From Octopus vulgaris (taxonomy: Eukaryota): a stretch of 64,000 nt of DNA. Of this stretch, positions 39,464-52,167 are shown piece after piece. Every line of letters starts with the position of its first letter. Position 1 is the first letter of the stretch. The stretch spans positions 21,204,001 to 21,268,000 of the forward strand of contig OX597832.1 of NCBI GenBank assembly GCA_951406725.2, given 5' to 3'. The notes beneath the pieces were generated by a model, which did no database searches, was not told the DNA's origin, and worked only from the letters and a program-made list of their open reading frames with translations. A program made the translations under genes and the position numbers.

Positions 39464-39773
39464 GGATTAAATTGTGTATAAATTTATTTCGAACGAATAT
39501 GTCGGTCGAAATAATTCAAGGAACAAACCAACTGCATGAGCCAGCTAAAAAGTTCGCGGCAGCAGACGCTGTATCGTGTAGAAATGTAGTAATACAAACG
39601 GAGAAGTTCCCCGAGCTTATATATATATACTGTTGTGTCTGTGGAGAGTCATTCTCTTTTAGTTCCTTATTATTTAACACACGCAAGAGAAGGACTTATT
39701 TCTTATTTTTACAAAATTTTCGTACAGTCTTGCAACATTTTAGAAAAAAAAAATTCAAGCACTTCGAAAAGTG

Positions 39774-39814
<41 letters not shown>

Positions 39815-39815
<1 letters not shown>

Positions 39816-40285
39816 CATAGCGAGGGGCCGGGCATATGGAACAATAGAGGTCCGATTTGAGATGGTTTTAGCTGTCCACAGCTTGTCCAAGTAGCTTACA
39901 CTGACAATAAAAATGGTTAAGTGTAGACTGGACATAGATAATACAGTTAAGAGAGGATCTGGCTACTGGAAGCTGAACAAGTCTATTTTGACTTGCGAGG
40001 CATACTGCAGCCGGATTGAGGAATTAGTACAGAGGGCGTTAACCGGCGCAGTAGTTAATAACCGATGGTGGTTCACCCTGAAGAGAGCCATTCGTTTTGA
40101 GTCTATTAGGTTTAGCCTTCAGCTAAGACTAGATAAGGCCAGAATAGAAGGGCAACTAGTTAAGGACCTAGAGGAGGCGTTGAGGTTGGGCTCTGCAGCT
40201 CACATTTTGGCAGCGAGAACGGCCTTGGACCGTCATCTCAAAGCCAAACATGAGGGGTGCAAAGTTCGAGCTAAAGTGCGCGCAT
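39815..40285 (+). mobile_element. Tx1/L1-clade ORF2 fragment (end of APE endonuclease plus linker)
   Basis: CPQLVQVAYTDNK (SDH-like motif), frameshift, then MVKCRL...GSGYWKLNKSIL...WWFTLKRAIR...GCKVRAKVR. Confidence 0.8.
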
Positions 40286-40349
40286 ATTTCTATGTACATC
40301 TGTGTGATTGTGTACATACATATATCATATATAAAGATATAAATGCGCC

Positions 40350-40568
40350 CTTTTAAAGCCTAGGCAGGCTCATGGGCGTATGTGTTCCCCAACTGGACGG
40401 GACGCCAGTCCATCGCAGCGTTACTTCGTTTTGCCAGCTGAGTGGACTGGAGCAATGTGAAATGAAGTGTTTTGCTCATGAACACAACGTGTCGCCCGGT
40501 CCAGGAATCGAAACCACAATCTTACGATCATAATGCTGGCACCCTAACCACTAATCCACGCGCCTCTC
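40350..40568 (-). mobile_element. tRNA-headed SINE with V-SINE-like domain
   Basis: Reverse strand GAGGCGCGTGGATTAGTGGTTAGGG...GGTTTCGATTCCTGG...GAGCAAAACACTTCATTTCACATTGCTCCAGTCCACTCAGCTG...CTGCGATGGACTGGCGTCCCGTCCAG. Confidence 0.8.
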
Positions 40569-40618
40569 CATATATATTATATATATATATATACACAAAT
40601 ATATATATATATATATAC

Positions 40619-40776
<158 letters not shown>

Positions 40777-40825
40777 CACAAATATATATATATATGTACA
40801 CACAAATATATATATTATTATAATA

Positions 40826-40877
<52 letters not shown>

Positions 40878-41040
40878 TTGTGTCTGTGGAGAGTCATTCT
40901 CTTTTAGTTCCTTATTATTTAACACACTCACCGGTAAAATTTCCACTTATTTCTTATTTTTTATTTTCTAAAATTTTCGTTGCGTCTTGCAACATTTTAG
41001 AAAATAAAAATAAAAATCTTGCAAACCGAATCCAAAAACG

Positions 41041-41097
<57 letters not shown>

Positions 41098-41481
41098 CTG
41101 TGTGTGTATAAATACACATATATGCGTGTAGATATATGTATGTGTATGTATGTGTGTTGGCAGTAATTACATGATTTCGCGCGATAAGTCATCTGTTAAT
41201 AAAACCGAAGAAATACATATGTTGTATATATATATTTCTCTTTTAAAATCATTCACTCCATGATTTTTCAAAATAATAAGTTATTTTATGTCTTCGTTTA
41301 TCGGAATCGAATTCCGTCGCCAAAATAATTTGAATTTCATTTAATGCTATATTGAAGTTAAGAGGAGACGTTGTCTGCAAAATTATTGGTAGGGTTTCGG
41401 TAATTTTTGAAAAACGGTGTGAGAGTTCCGTGACAAGATGTTTGTGTGTTACACTCATGCACCCTCCCATACACACACACA

Positions 41482-41534
<53 letters not shown>

Positions 41535-41588
41535 ATGTATGTATGTATGTATATATATATGTAGCATGACACCCTTGTTAGTTATTTG

Positions 41589-41643
<55 letters not shown>

Positions 41644-41668
41644 TATATGCATATATATATATATATGC

Positions 41669-41699
<31 letters not shown>

Positions 41700-41708
41700 C
41701 ATATATAA

Positions 41709-41767
<59 letters not shown>

Positions 41768-42268
41768 CATGTATATATAAATATGTGTTTGTGTATGTAT
41801 GTGTGCAGTTGTCGTGGAAATGGAGCAGTTGTTCGGGAGTATCAGGGTTGTTGAGGTGTGTGGAACCACCAATTGTTGCCAAGTGTACTCCAGCCCGGAG
41901 CAGCAGTACCTGCATGCGAAGCACTAGGAGTGTAGAAGGCCTCGTTATCGTTAGAACATCTTTCTAGGGGAAATAATTAAACACGTATACAAAACAAAAA
42001 AAGATTTTTAATGATTAGTGTAGTCGGTTTACGGTCGTCTCATCCCCTGTTTTGCCACTGGTATTGTAGCTGATTATTACGAAAAGTGGGTCTCGCGATC
42101 TGCCATACTCCATCCACTCAAAACAAATTCACGCACTGGAACTTCTTGGAGTCTCAGAACATTTGCATGGATTTCATGAATTTAGGAATTGGTCATACTC
42201 GGTCAGCAGTAGACTTCAAACGTATGTGTGTGTGTGTTTCTGTGTTTCTGTGTGTGTGTGTGCGTGTA

Positions 42269-42325
<57 letters not shown>

Positions 42326-42486
42326 ATCTATATGTGTTGTATTTATATATGAGTTCAGCAAAAATTTAGATTCAGATGAATATGGTAATTAAGTTGATGC
42401 ACCAGAATATAATACGGTATTATTCATACAATTTCAAAATAAGGTAATTAGAATCAAAATAAGCTACAAAGATATCCAGAGGTAGA

Positions 42487-42570
42487 GCAGTACGATCGTT
42501 TCATGCATCTCCATTTACTTGAACAATGCAACCATTACATCAATTTAAATGCAGAGCAATCCTCAGCTGC
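42487..42570 (-). ncRNA. Minimal type I hammerhead ribozyme motif (Penelope-like remnant)
   Basis: GCAG CUGAGGA [57-nt hairpin helix II] GAAA CGAUCG UA CUGC: intact core, palindromic helix III, GUA cleavage triplet, 4-bp helix I. Confidence 0.75.
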
Positions 42571-42684
42571 ACAAAAACATAGAATTTAATTAACTTAAAA
42601 CAGATGGACACATTAGCATAATTTTGCCTAAAATCCCCAAGAAGTGCTTTGAAGGAACGTGCGTACCGTGTGATCGTCGCATTG

Positions 42685-43182
42685 ACCATGACAGAAAGTT
42701 GAGCAGATAATCTGCATCAAATTTTGCCAAAAGCTTGGCGATACCTGCGCAAAGTTTTCACAAGGTTTTCATCGTTCTCGACACAATGAAGGCGATCTTG
42801 TGCAACTGAAACCCGATTGTCTTTTTGGATAGCTGAAAGCAGTTGTGGTACAAACTTGGCAGACACGAGTCTCTTACCCAAATATTTAGTGATAATGGAC
42901 TGAACTGAACCGTAACTAATCTGTACATCCTCTGATAACTCAGGGATGGTGATTCGACGATTTCCCCTGACAGCTGCACACACATCTGCGATGTTTTTTC
43001 TCAGTTCTGCTGGTTGCGGGTCTCCCAGAACGTTCGTCAAACTCAACATTTTTTCGGCCATCTTACCAACGTCTGAACCACTCGTACGCATGTGTGCGGG
43101 TCATACAGTGATCTCCATACATTTTCTGCAACTTTGTGTGAGCCTCTGAGCAGGTATCACCATGACAACTTTCTCTGTCAGG
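42685..43182 (-). mobile_element. mariner transposase N-terminal relic (HTH region) with an inverted second 5' end
   Basis: Minus strand across frames: KLQKMYGDHCMTRTHAYEWFRR..DERSGRPATS..RRITIPELSEDVQISYGSVQSII...VSAKFVPQLL (WVPHEL-like). Plus strand 42688-42752: EQ.ICIKFCQKLGDTCA. Confidence 0.85.
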
Positions 43183-43500
43183 GTCCGACCTGGTATACAT
43201 ACGAATTCATTTATACATTTATATATGCGTGTATATTTTTTTAAACACTCACACCTGAAGCTCTCTGTGGTATGCAATACCAGCACAGGGAACTGAATTT
43301 AGTTTCAAATACGTGCATTTAGACACACACACATGCATATATATATGCATGTATGTATAAATGTGTATACTTTTGTGTTGCCTGTAACTTATATGGCCTC
43401 TTGGTATTTTGACAACTTTTCCAAAATGGAATATATATTGCTCGTTAATGTCCTCTCAATATCATCAATCTGTCATGGCATATATATAGTTATATCGGTA

Positions 43501-43547
<47 letters not shown>

Positions 43548-43668
43548 GCATATGTGTTTGTGTGCGCGTGCCTGTACACCTGCGAGCGGGTAAGAGTATA
43601 TATATTTGTGTGTGTGTGTGTGCGCGTGGGCATGCAACATATGCACGTAGACATGTATATATATAGAC

Positions 43669-43738
<70 letters not shown>

Positions 43739-44214
43739 ATATATCTATATATATATGTGTGTGTGTGCATGTATGTGTATCTTTGTGTGTGTGTGTGTGT
43801 GTGAGCGTCTGTGTGTATAAATCTACGCAAACTCCTAAGTACGATAACGCATCCTTGCTTGCACGTGCGCGCTCATTTGTGCGCGTGTGTCTGCCTCTTA
43901 GAATAAGACACGTTGGAACGGTAAAAGCCTAATAGAGAGACAGATAACGGAGCGAGTGACGAAGCCGCACGAATGCTGAGGAATAATTTCACTTGAGAAA
44001 AGTTGTCAAACTACAATTAAAGGCCTTTTAAAAACAAGTGCGTTGGAATAGACAGACAGATAGCATATACACGCGCACATGCATATATGCATATATACAT
44101 ACCTTCAACACATAGTCAACATACATATATATGTATGTGTATACTGTATATATATATATATATATATATGTGCGTGTGTGTGAGTCTGTGTGTGTATATA
44201 TATATATATATATA

Positions 44215-44270
<56 letters not shown>

Positions 44271-45774
44271 ACACACACATCAGTTTCACTTTTCCAATCT
44301 TCGGAAGCAGTTTTAAGTATTGTGTAAGTGTTAGTGTGTGTGTGTGTGTGTGTATGTGTGTGTGTGTGTGTGTATGTGTGTGTGAGTGAGTGTTATCTGT
44401 CTATCTGTCTGTGTGCGTGTGTTTGTGCGTATTTTCTAACTAATGCGTACGTGTGTATATGGGATTTTTCCCCTTATACCGATCTCCAACTTTTTTTGTA
44501 ACTCCCAATGTCTATGTTTGTGCGTATGTGTATGCATTTATGTGTGTGTGTATGAATGTCAGTCTATGACTGTCAGTGCGCGTGTGTGTTTGCTTATGTA
44601 TGATTGTGAGATTGTGTGTGTAACTGTCGGTGTACAAGTGTGTGTGAGTGTTTGTGTTTTTGCAGGTGCGCAAATGTGTGTTTTCGGAATATACTTACAC
44701 CATGGTTTATCGAGATGTCTCTGCGTTAAGTATATATTATGTGTGAACGAGAGACTAGTAAAATGTATCTCAGCATACGTGTGATAATAAGTATCCGCAA
44801 CTGCATCGGCTGCGCAATCGTTGCTGTTGAAACGCGCGTGGGCCCACGAAAGAATGCTGTAAATAACTGTTTAATAAAATTATAGATGTGGAAAATGCCC
44901 CTTCTACCTGGTCCTTATTAATGCTATTACGTACTCTACGGAAACTATGCAGTCCCGAGCAGGACACTCGGATTTACTAAGCGAGAATAATTACTTAAGT
45001 CTAACAACTTACACCTAACTCAGGTATTACCAACGGTTCGCTTATAGCCGTAGGAACCGCATGTCTATGCACTGACGGGGAAGATAACCGCCCCATAGCG
45101 ATTGAAATCACCATACTAGCCTAATTTCGCTTAGATTTAAAGGTCATCAATGGTGACTACTCCATCGCTGGATGATTTGTTTAAATCCCAGTTGCCAGTA
45201 TATAGTATTAGCAAATTCCTTAGACATAATATTTTAGTAGAAAAGCCAACTGACATCATGAAAGCCAACACACAGCGGTATCTAAATGCAGGAGTTGCTA
45301 TTCACTCTTTAATTCGAGACAGCTAAACTAATCTCATATTAATTTTAGTTTCGACCAAAATATCTATGAGCTTTTAGCATTTAGTGTTAAATTTTCCCAC
45401 AGAAATTGTATGCCGACGAGGTTTAATCTGAGCTTTACCGTGAGATAATCTCTACTTCGCTGGAGTTGCAGAAATTCCCTTTTCAATATGCAGAGGACGA
45501 TTTAATGTCGGTTGGTAGACATCTGAAACAATAAATAACTTACTATATTCATTAAAAGGAGCCATAAACTTAAGTCCCAAAGTGCCCTTACCCTAATAAA
45601 TCGAATGTGCTACGAACGCAAATTCGTCTGAAAGAATTTGTTCTCCTGTGACGAAATACGACAGTGTTTCGTACATTCACATTCGAATGTACCAGAAGGT
45701 ATTCAGAACGAAAACATGTACTATTGTTTGGTGGTGAAGTTTCACAGAAATCACTTGTTGAGGAAAGATAAATT

Positions 45775-45986
45775 CGTTTCTACTCTAGGCACAAGACCCG
45801 AAATTTTTGGAGAGGCCAGCCGATTAGATCGATCCCAGTTCGCAACTGGTACTTAATTTATCGACCCCGAAAAGATGAAAAGCAAAGACAACCTCGGCGG
45901 AATTTGAACTCAGAACGTGAAGACGAATGAGATACTGCTAAGTATTTCTCTCGGCGTGCTAACGTTTCTGCCTGCTCGCCGCCTTT
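45775..45986 (-). mobile_element. SINE-B
   Basis: B core and head CTCGCCGCCTT on +. Confidence 0.88.
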
Positions 45987-46109
45987 AAGGAAAGACACAA
46001 TGGCAAATGTTTGGGGTTCAGTACAGTCTCCCCATAGAGTATCAAAAGCAGAATTGAGTCCAATTCATGCTAATGTACCAGCAATACACATGCTTCGTAG
46101 CGTGTTCGA

Positions 46110-46295
46110 ATTCATGTTGCCAGGCAAAATACTTGGCGGCTTTTCGTCCGTCCTAATGTTCTGGCTTAAAATTCCGCTGAAGGCCGAATTTGCCTTCCAT
46201 CCTTCCGGGATTGCTAAAATAAGCACTGGGGTCGATATAGTCGATTTGGCCCTTCTCTTGACATTGCTGGTCTTGTTCCAAAATTTGAAACCATC
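46110..46295 (+). mobile_element. Decayed SINE-B
   Basis: AAATTCCGCTGAAGGCCGAATTTGCCTTCCATCCTTCCGGG...CTGGGGTCGAT. Confidence 0.75.
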
Positions 46296-47194
46296 ATGTT
46301 AAAACAAATATTAGAGTTGGAGAATATCAAAAGCTTTGGTAATATCTGAAAATATTTCCGAAGATAAAATCCTACCCTTTAAGTTATCATCGTGCCACGT
46401 GTCGGTATAATACAACTAAACGGTGCATGCTTAAGACGCCAATCGATTAATCCACTTGAATATTGATCTGACATGGAGATCGATTCATTTCCTTTGACAC
46501 TTAGGCAAGGGCAACCGCACTTCACTTCGTTTGTCCTCGATGCACTGTGACATTATTGGAGAGAAGAATCTCTTGACATTTCCTCTGCTACTTCTTGCCC
46601 GTTTTCCAATGATATTTGTCTTGATACAAATCCATGCCACTTCAAAAGAGGCATAAATGGGTTCAGTGACAGAAGACTTTCTTCTCGATCTTCTCAGTTG
46701 TATTGGATGCGTCTGCTTAGAAGTTATCCTCTCGGCTGTTCTCAGCAAACGTGTTTATCTTTTTTTATAAGGTCCTACAAAATTGTAAGCTTTAAATACA
46801 ATTTGTACGTTATGCAGCAGCAAATAGAACATAAAAAGATACACGAATTACATAAGGTAAGGAGAAGACGCGACTTCGTTGAAACAGTCCTTCCCGCAAA
46901 GCAAATTAAATAAAATTTGTTATTTTTTGCGGAGGGGTAAAAGTGGTAACAAGAACAGGAGTAAGAACAAAACAAGACAGTAAAAACAGTAAAAGACAGA
47001 ACAAAGAGAATAACACAGTGAAAACAAACAATGAGGGTTGCTAAGCCAAGACGATGGAACAATTATTATGAACGCTTGAGGAGACGGCTTATGAGAGAGA
47101 CAGGATAAGCGGTCTAGTCTTGAAGATAGCAGTTGGAAAGATGGCTTCCCTCTGATCACATGTCAGTGACGAGAGAGTCGATATATATATACAT

Positions 47195-47347
47195 ATACGA
47201 CGGGCTTCTTGCAGTTTCCATCTAACAAATCCACTCACAAGGCTTTGGTCGGCCCGAAGACACTTGCCCAAGATGCTACGCAGTGGGACTGAACCTGACC
47301 ATGTGGTTGGTAAGCAAGGCACTTACCACAGAGCCACTCCTGCGCCT
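47195..47347 (-). mobile_element. SINE-A head half
   Basis: Ends GCCACTCCTGCGCCT on +. Confidence 0.85.
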
Positions 47348-47435
47348 ATATATGTATACGTAAGATACATAAGCATACTTATAAATATATATATATATAT
47401 ATATCCACTGATACGTGAAAAAATACATACATATG

Positions 47436-47500
<65 letters not shown>

Positions 47501-47918
47501 GCACACACACACACAAATACATACATGCAAGAATAGATATGTATGTATATGTGAATAAATAAATCATTATTTTAAATAAATAACATTTCTGATTCTCCGA
47601 GTACCCCATTCAGGAAATTATACATCTGATGCAAATCGACATTTTTGACAGGTCTTTCAGCATCAGGTTATTACAGCCCGGACTGGATGCTGTGAATTGG
47701 TTTCAGAATAAAAACAGTTAATAATTACCAAGGTGTTAATGATTAAGAGCAGAGATAAATACCCCCAAAGCATGCAATATATGATGGCAGTCAATATAGC
47801 ATGTGCTTTTATTTCTTATATGCGTCTTCACTAAACCGTAACTAAAAGCCAAATAAACAATCTCACTATCAAACATTCTATCTCACTGTGTCTCTCCCAT
47901 TTTCTCTCTCTCCACTTG

Positions 47919-48021
<103 letters not shown>

Positions 48022-48280
48022 AATCTGTATCTATCTGTAGACTAGTTATCTATATATCTACTTCATTATTCATCTAAATACCTGCTTCTCTGTCACTCTG
48101 TCTCTGCCTGTCTGTCTGTCTCTCTATCTATTTGTCAATCTATTTATCTACATATACATATACACACATACACACACACACACACACACAAACAAACGCA
48201 CACTCACGCTTACACACATATAAATATATACATTCAATGTTACAAAAAACTATTAATTCACGTTCTCTCGATTGTATAAT

Positions 48281-48313
<33 letters not shown>

Positions 48314-48340
48314 CATAGAGACGTGTGTGTTTATATATAT

Positions 48341-48398
<58 letters not shown>

Positions 48399-48849
48399 AT
48401 ATACATTTAGATACATATATATATATATACGTATATATATATACATATATATACATGTATATATACACATATATGTGTATGTGTGTATGCGTTTGTGTGT
48501 ACGCGTTTTTGTGTATGTATGTATGTATGCATGTATGTATGTATGGCGCTATGATAGGAGACCAGTCTTGTGTACACGAGCTGTGTGTTTGAGGGCAACC
48601 AGCAAGTTTTTCTATCCAAAAGATATTTTTCAACCTAATATCATGTGATATGCTTCCCCTCGAGTTCCAGTGCTCCGAAAACAAAAAACAAAAACAAAAA
48701 AACTCTATAAAACTCTTATATCGTCAACAACAATCCATTCTCCGTCGTATCTACAGACGCGGGTTCGAATCCCACGTGCAACCTTCACCTTTTTCTATCC
48801 TAAAGAGGCTTTCGACCCAATATTTACCAACTAATATATGCATATATAT

Positions 48850-49078
48850 TCTTTTATTCCTTTACTTGTTTCAGTCATTTGACTGCGGCCATGCTGGAGC
48901 ACCGCCTTAAAATGTGTTCGTCGAAGAAGTCGACCCTAGGTCTTATTCTTTGTTACCCTAGTACTTATTCTATAGGTGTCTTTTGCCGAACCGCTAAGTG
49001 GCGGGGACATAAACACACCAGTGACGGATACATTAATACATAAGCGATGGTGTGAGCGGAGGATAAACACAGACACAG

Positions 49079-49122
<44 letters not shown>

Positions 49123-49245
49123 AAATATATATATATAGGGCTTCTTCCAATTTCCGTCTACCAAATCCACTCCGAGGTGTGGGACTGAACCCGGAATCAC
49201 GTGGTTGGAATGCAAACTTCTTACCACACAGCCACGCCTGCACCT
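48850..49245 (-). mobile_element. SINE-A with internal deletion
   Basis: Tail, body, microsatellite and head blocks present. Confidence 0.85.
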
Positions 49246-49479
49246 ATATATATATGCGCGCGCGCATGTGTGTGTGTGTGTGTGTGTATACGTATGCATG
49301 TATGTATGGAGTGCAATTATCAATTTTTAAAATATTCTATTCCCTTGCGGTTTATTTAATTTCCTATCACTGATCTGCACTCGACTGAAGCTTTGTTCTG
49401 AAGCCTATGTATCTATTGAGCTCTAGCACCAGGTTATTAGTGCCGCTATCTCTAATTGAAATAACAATATACACATAAG

Positions 49480-49680
49480 TGTCTTCAAAGCAAAGCTGTA
49501 TCTCTTCCTGTCAAGGGTTCCCGGAAAACCTACTTCTCGGCAGGATACCAGACGAGGGTAGCGGCGTCAAACTCCCTTGTTGACCAAATGCCACATAGCA
49601 GAGGAAGTTTCTAATATTAGTGTAGCTCAATCAACGGTGGTGCTCCAGCATGACCGCAGCTTTGAAGCTGAAGCATTTTT
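49480..49680 (+). mobile_element. CR1-like LINE extreme 3' end, older
   Basis: FKAKLYLFLSRVPGKPTSRQD...AASNSLVDQMPHSRGS parallels the 38068-38202 peptide, followed by GGTGGTGCTCCAGCATGACCGCAGCTTTGAAGCTGAA. Confidence 0.8.
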
Positions 49681-49778
49681 CAAGATTTAAAAACTTAAAA
49701 ATATAAATGTATTTATGCGTGCGTGCATGTGTGTGTGTGTGTGTGCGTGCACGCGCGCGTCTGTACGGACATCTATAA

Positions 49779-49946
49779 CGCACAATGTAGCAAAAGTGGG
49801 GCGGAAGTGGCGGTCTGCACCGGAAGACTTTTATGGGTGCGTAGTATTTTTGAGTCTACTATAGCCAATATGTATTTTCTGTAGGGGGCCTGAAGGAGGC
49901 ACATTTAAGGGCCACTCCGAGTGGCACACGCTCTAGCTATGTTATG
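49779..49946. mobile_element. Old hAT MITE related to 29732-29891
   Basis: Degenerate ends CACAATGTAGC.../...CTAGCTATGTTATG and a subterminal GGGCCACTCCGAGTGGCAC matching the GCCGCCCGGGGCGGCCC block. Confidence 0.5.
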
Positions 49947-50494
49947 GCATAGCGTACATCTATATACATACATGTACAGATATATGCATGAATATGTGTG
50001 TGTTTATCTGTCTGTGTCTGTGTCTGTATGGATGTGTGTATGTGTGTATGCCTGTCTGTCTCTGTGTATGTGTCTGTGTGAGCAAGCGTGTGTGTGGGCG
50101 CACGCGTAACTGTGTGAATGATCGTATGTATGTGCACCCCATTATTATAATATATTAGTATTAACAGTTACCAGGAAAAAGTTTGACGCTTCGGTTTGCT
50201 TGCATTTATCAGAAGGTCTCAAGAAGGCAAGCATGTTGATCCTTCGATTACACTGTCAAAATTTTCTTGCAAAAGTTAAAAGGTAAACGGCAAAAAGGTG
50301 TCCGTTGCATTGTTTTTATGTAAAATTTGACACAAATATCAACATATATGCACAGCCGCATATACATACACACACACACACACATATAGGTGTATATATA
50401 TATATGAATAAATATTTATACGTGTGTGTGTGTATCTGTGTCTGTGCTTGTGTGTGTACACACTCACACATATTTACGTATGTACATATTTCAT

Positions 50495-50555
50495 ATTTTT
50501 ATTTTTATTTTATCTAGTTTCAGCTCACGAGCTATGGCCATGCTGGGGCACCGCC
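50495..50555 (-). mobile_element. CR1-like LINE tail only
   Basis: Reverse strand GGCGGTGCCCCAGCATGGCCATAGCTCGTGAGCTGAAACTAGATAAAATAAAA. Confidence 0.8.
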
Positions 50556-50680
50556 ACATATGCAAATATATACATACATGCATATATGTCAGCGAATTTA
50601 TATATATATGTTTGTGTATGTGTGCGTGTATGTCTGTATATATGTAAGCTGACAGACAAATAAAGAGAGAGGTAAAAAGG

Positions 50681-50748
<68 letters not shown>

Positions 50749-50854
50749 CAGACGGACCGACGGATGTATGTGTGTATGGGTGGGTGGATGGATGGATCGA
50801 TAGATGCACATACATAGAAAGATATATATATATATATGTTTATAAGTAAATATG

Positions 50855-50897
<43 letters not shown>

Positions 50898-51709
50898 ATA
50901 GATGTGTGTGTGTGTATACATACATATATACACACATATACATTTTATATATATCCACGCAAATGGACACCAGACACCAGCCTACCCTTGGATACATACA
51001 CACGCAGATAATGGATATGATCCCGTTCAATAGTAATAGCGGTACAAGCACAGCCCACAGCACACACACACACACACACACGCATAAAGACACACCTCAT
51101 ACACACACACATACACACACATACACAAAGTGAGGCAAATATATACACATGTAAATACATACATATGTACAGAGTTATAATTTAGCGCAATAATACCAAT
51201 TTATAAACTACATATCAATGCATTTCTCCCCATGATTGCCAGATTTAATGGCTGCTGTGATTGTTATAATAGCCACCATTTCGTACTCCGCTTTGTTGTA
51301 GATAAAAGTCTGTAGCGATTTATTAATGGCTATATAATCGAATGCTACGTATGATAGTTTTGACAGCTTCGATCTTAATTGTGCAATGATGCTAAACAGC
51401 AATGAAATACTTATTGTGCAAGTGAATACTGCATGAAAACATAAGCTTAAGCGCTTTCTCTTCTCTCCATGTGCATGTCTGAGCATGTGTTTACACCTCT
51501 ATCTCTATCTATGATGCGCTTGACGAGGCTAGGTTTCGTTAGGTGTGTTTTATATAATTACTAGCATACCCGTATCGTCAAAAATGCCGACACTTTTATT
51601 AAAGTCAGAAGATGGCGTATCTAAACAAAGGGAAAAGCCATTGCTAAATGTCAGCAACCGTGTTAATATATGTACATACAAAGAACTGAAGCGCTTGGAG
51701 AATCAGATA

Positions 51710-52167
51710 CCTATTTCTTTACTACCCACAAGGGGATAAACACAGAAGAGACAAACAAGGACACACAAACGGATTAAGTCGTAACTGGTACTTATTTAAT
51801 CGGCGAGCTGGCAGAAACGTTAGCACGCCGGGCGAAATGCTTAGCGGTATTTCGTCTGCCGTTACGTTGTGAGTTCAAATTCCGCCGAGGTCGACTTTGC
51901 CTTTCATCCTTTTGGGGTCGATAAAGTAAGTACCAGTTACGCACTGGGGTCGATGTAATCGACTTAATACCTATGTATGTCCTTGTTTGTCCCCTCTGTA
52001 TTTAGCCCCTTGTAGGTAATAAAGAAATAGGTACTTATTTAATCGACCCCGAAAGGATGAAAGGCAAAATCGACCTCGGTGGGATTAGAACTCAGAACGT
52101 AGCGGCGGACGAAATACCGCTAAACATTTCGCCCGGCGTGCTAACGATTCTGCCAGCTCGCCGCCTT
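51710..52167 (-). mobile_element. SINE-B with 16-bp TSD, containing a nested opposite-strand SINE-B (about 51801-52030) with its own 16-bp TSD
   Basis: Outer TSD CTTGGAGAATCAGATA (51694-51709, 52168-52183); inner TSD GGTACTTATTTAATCG (51787-51802, 52030-52045). Confidence 0.93.
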
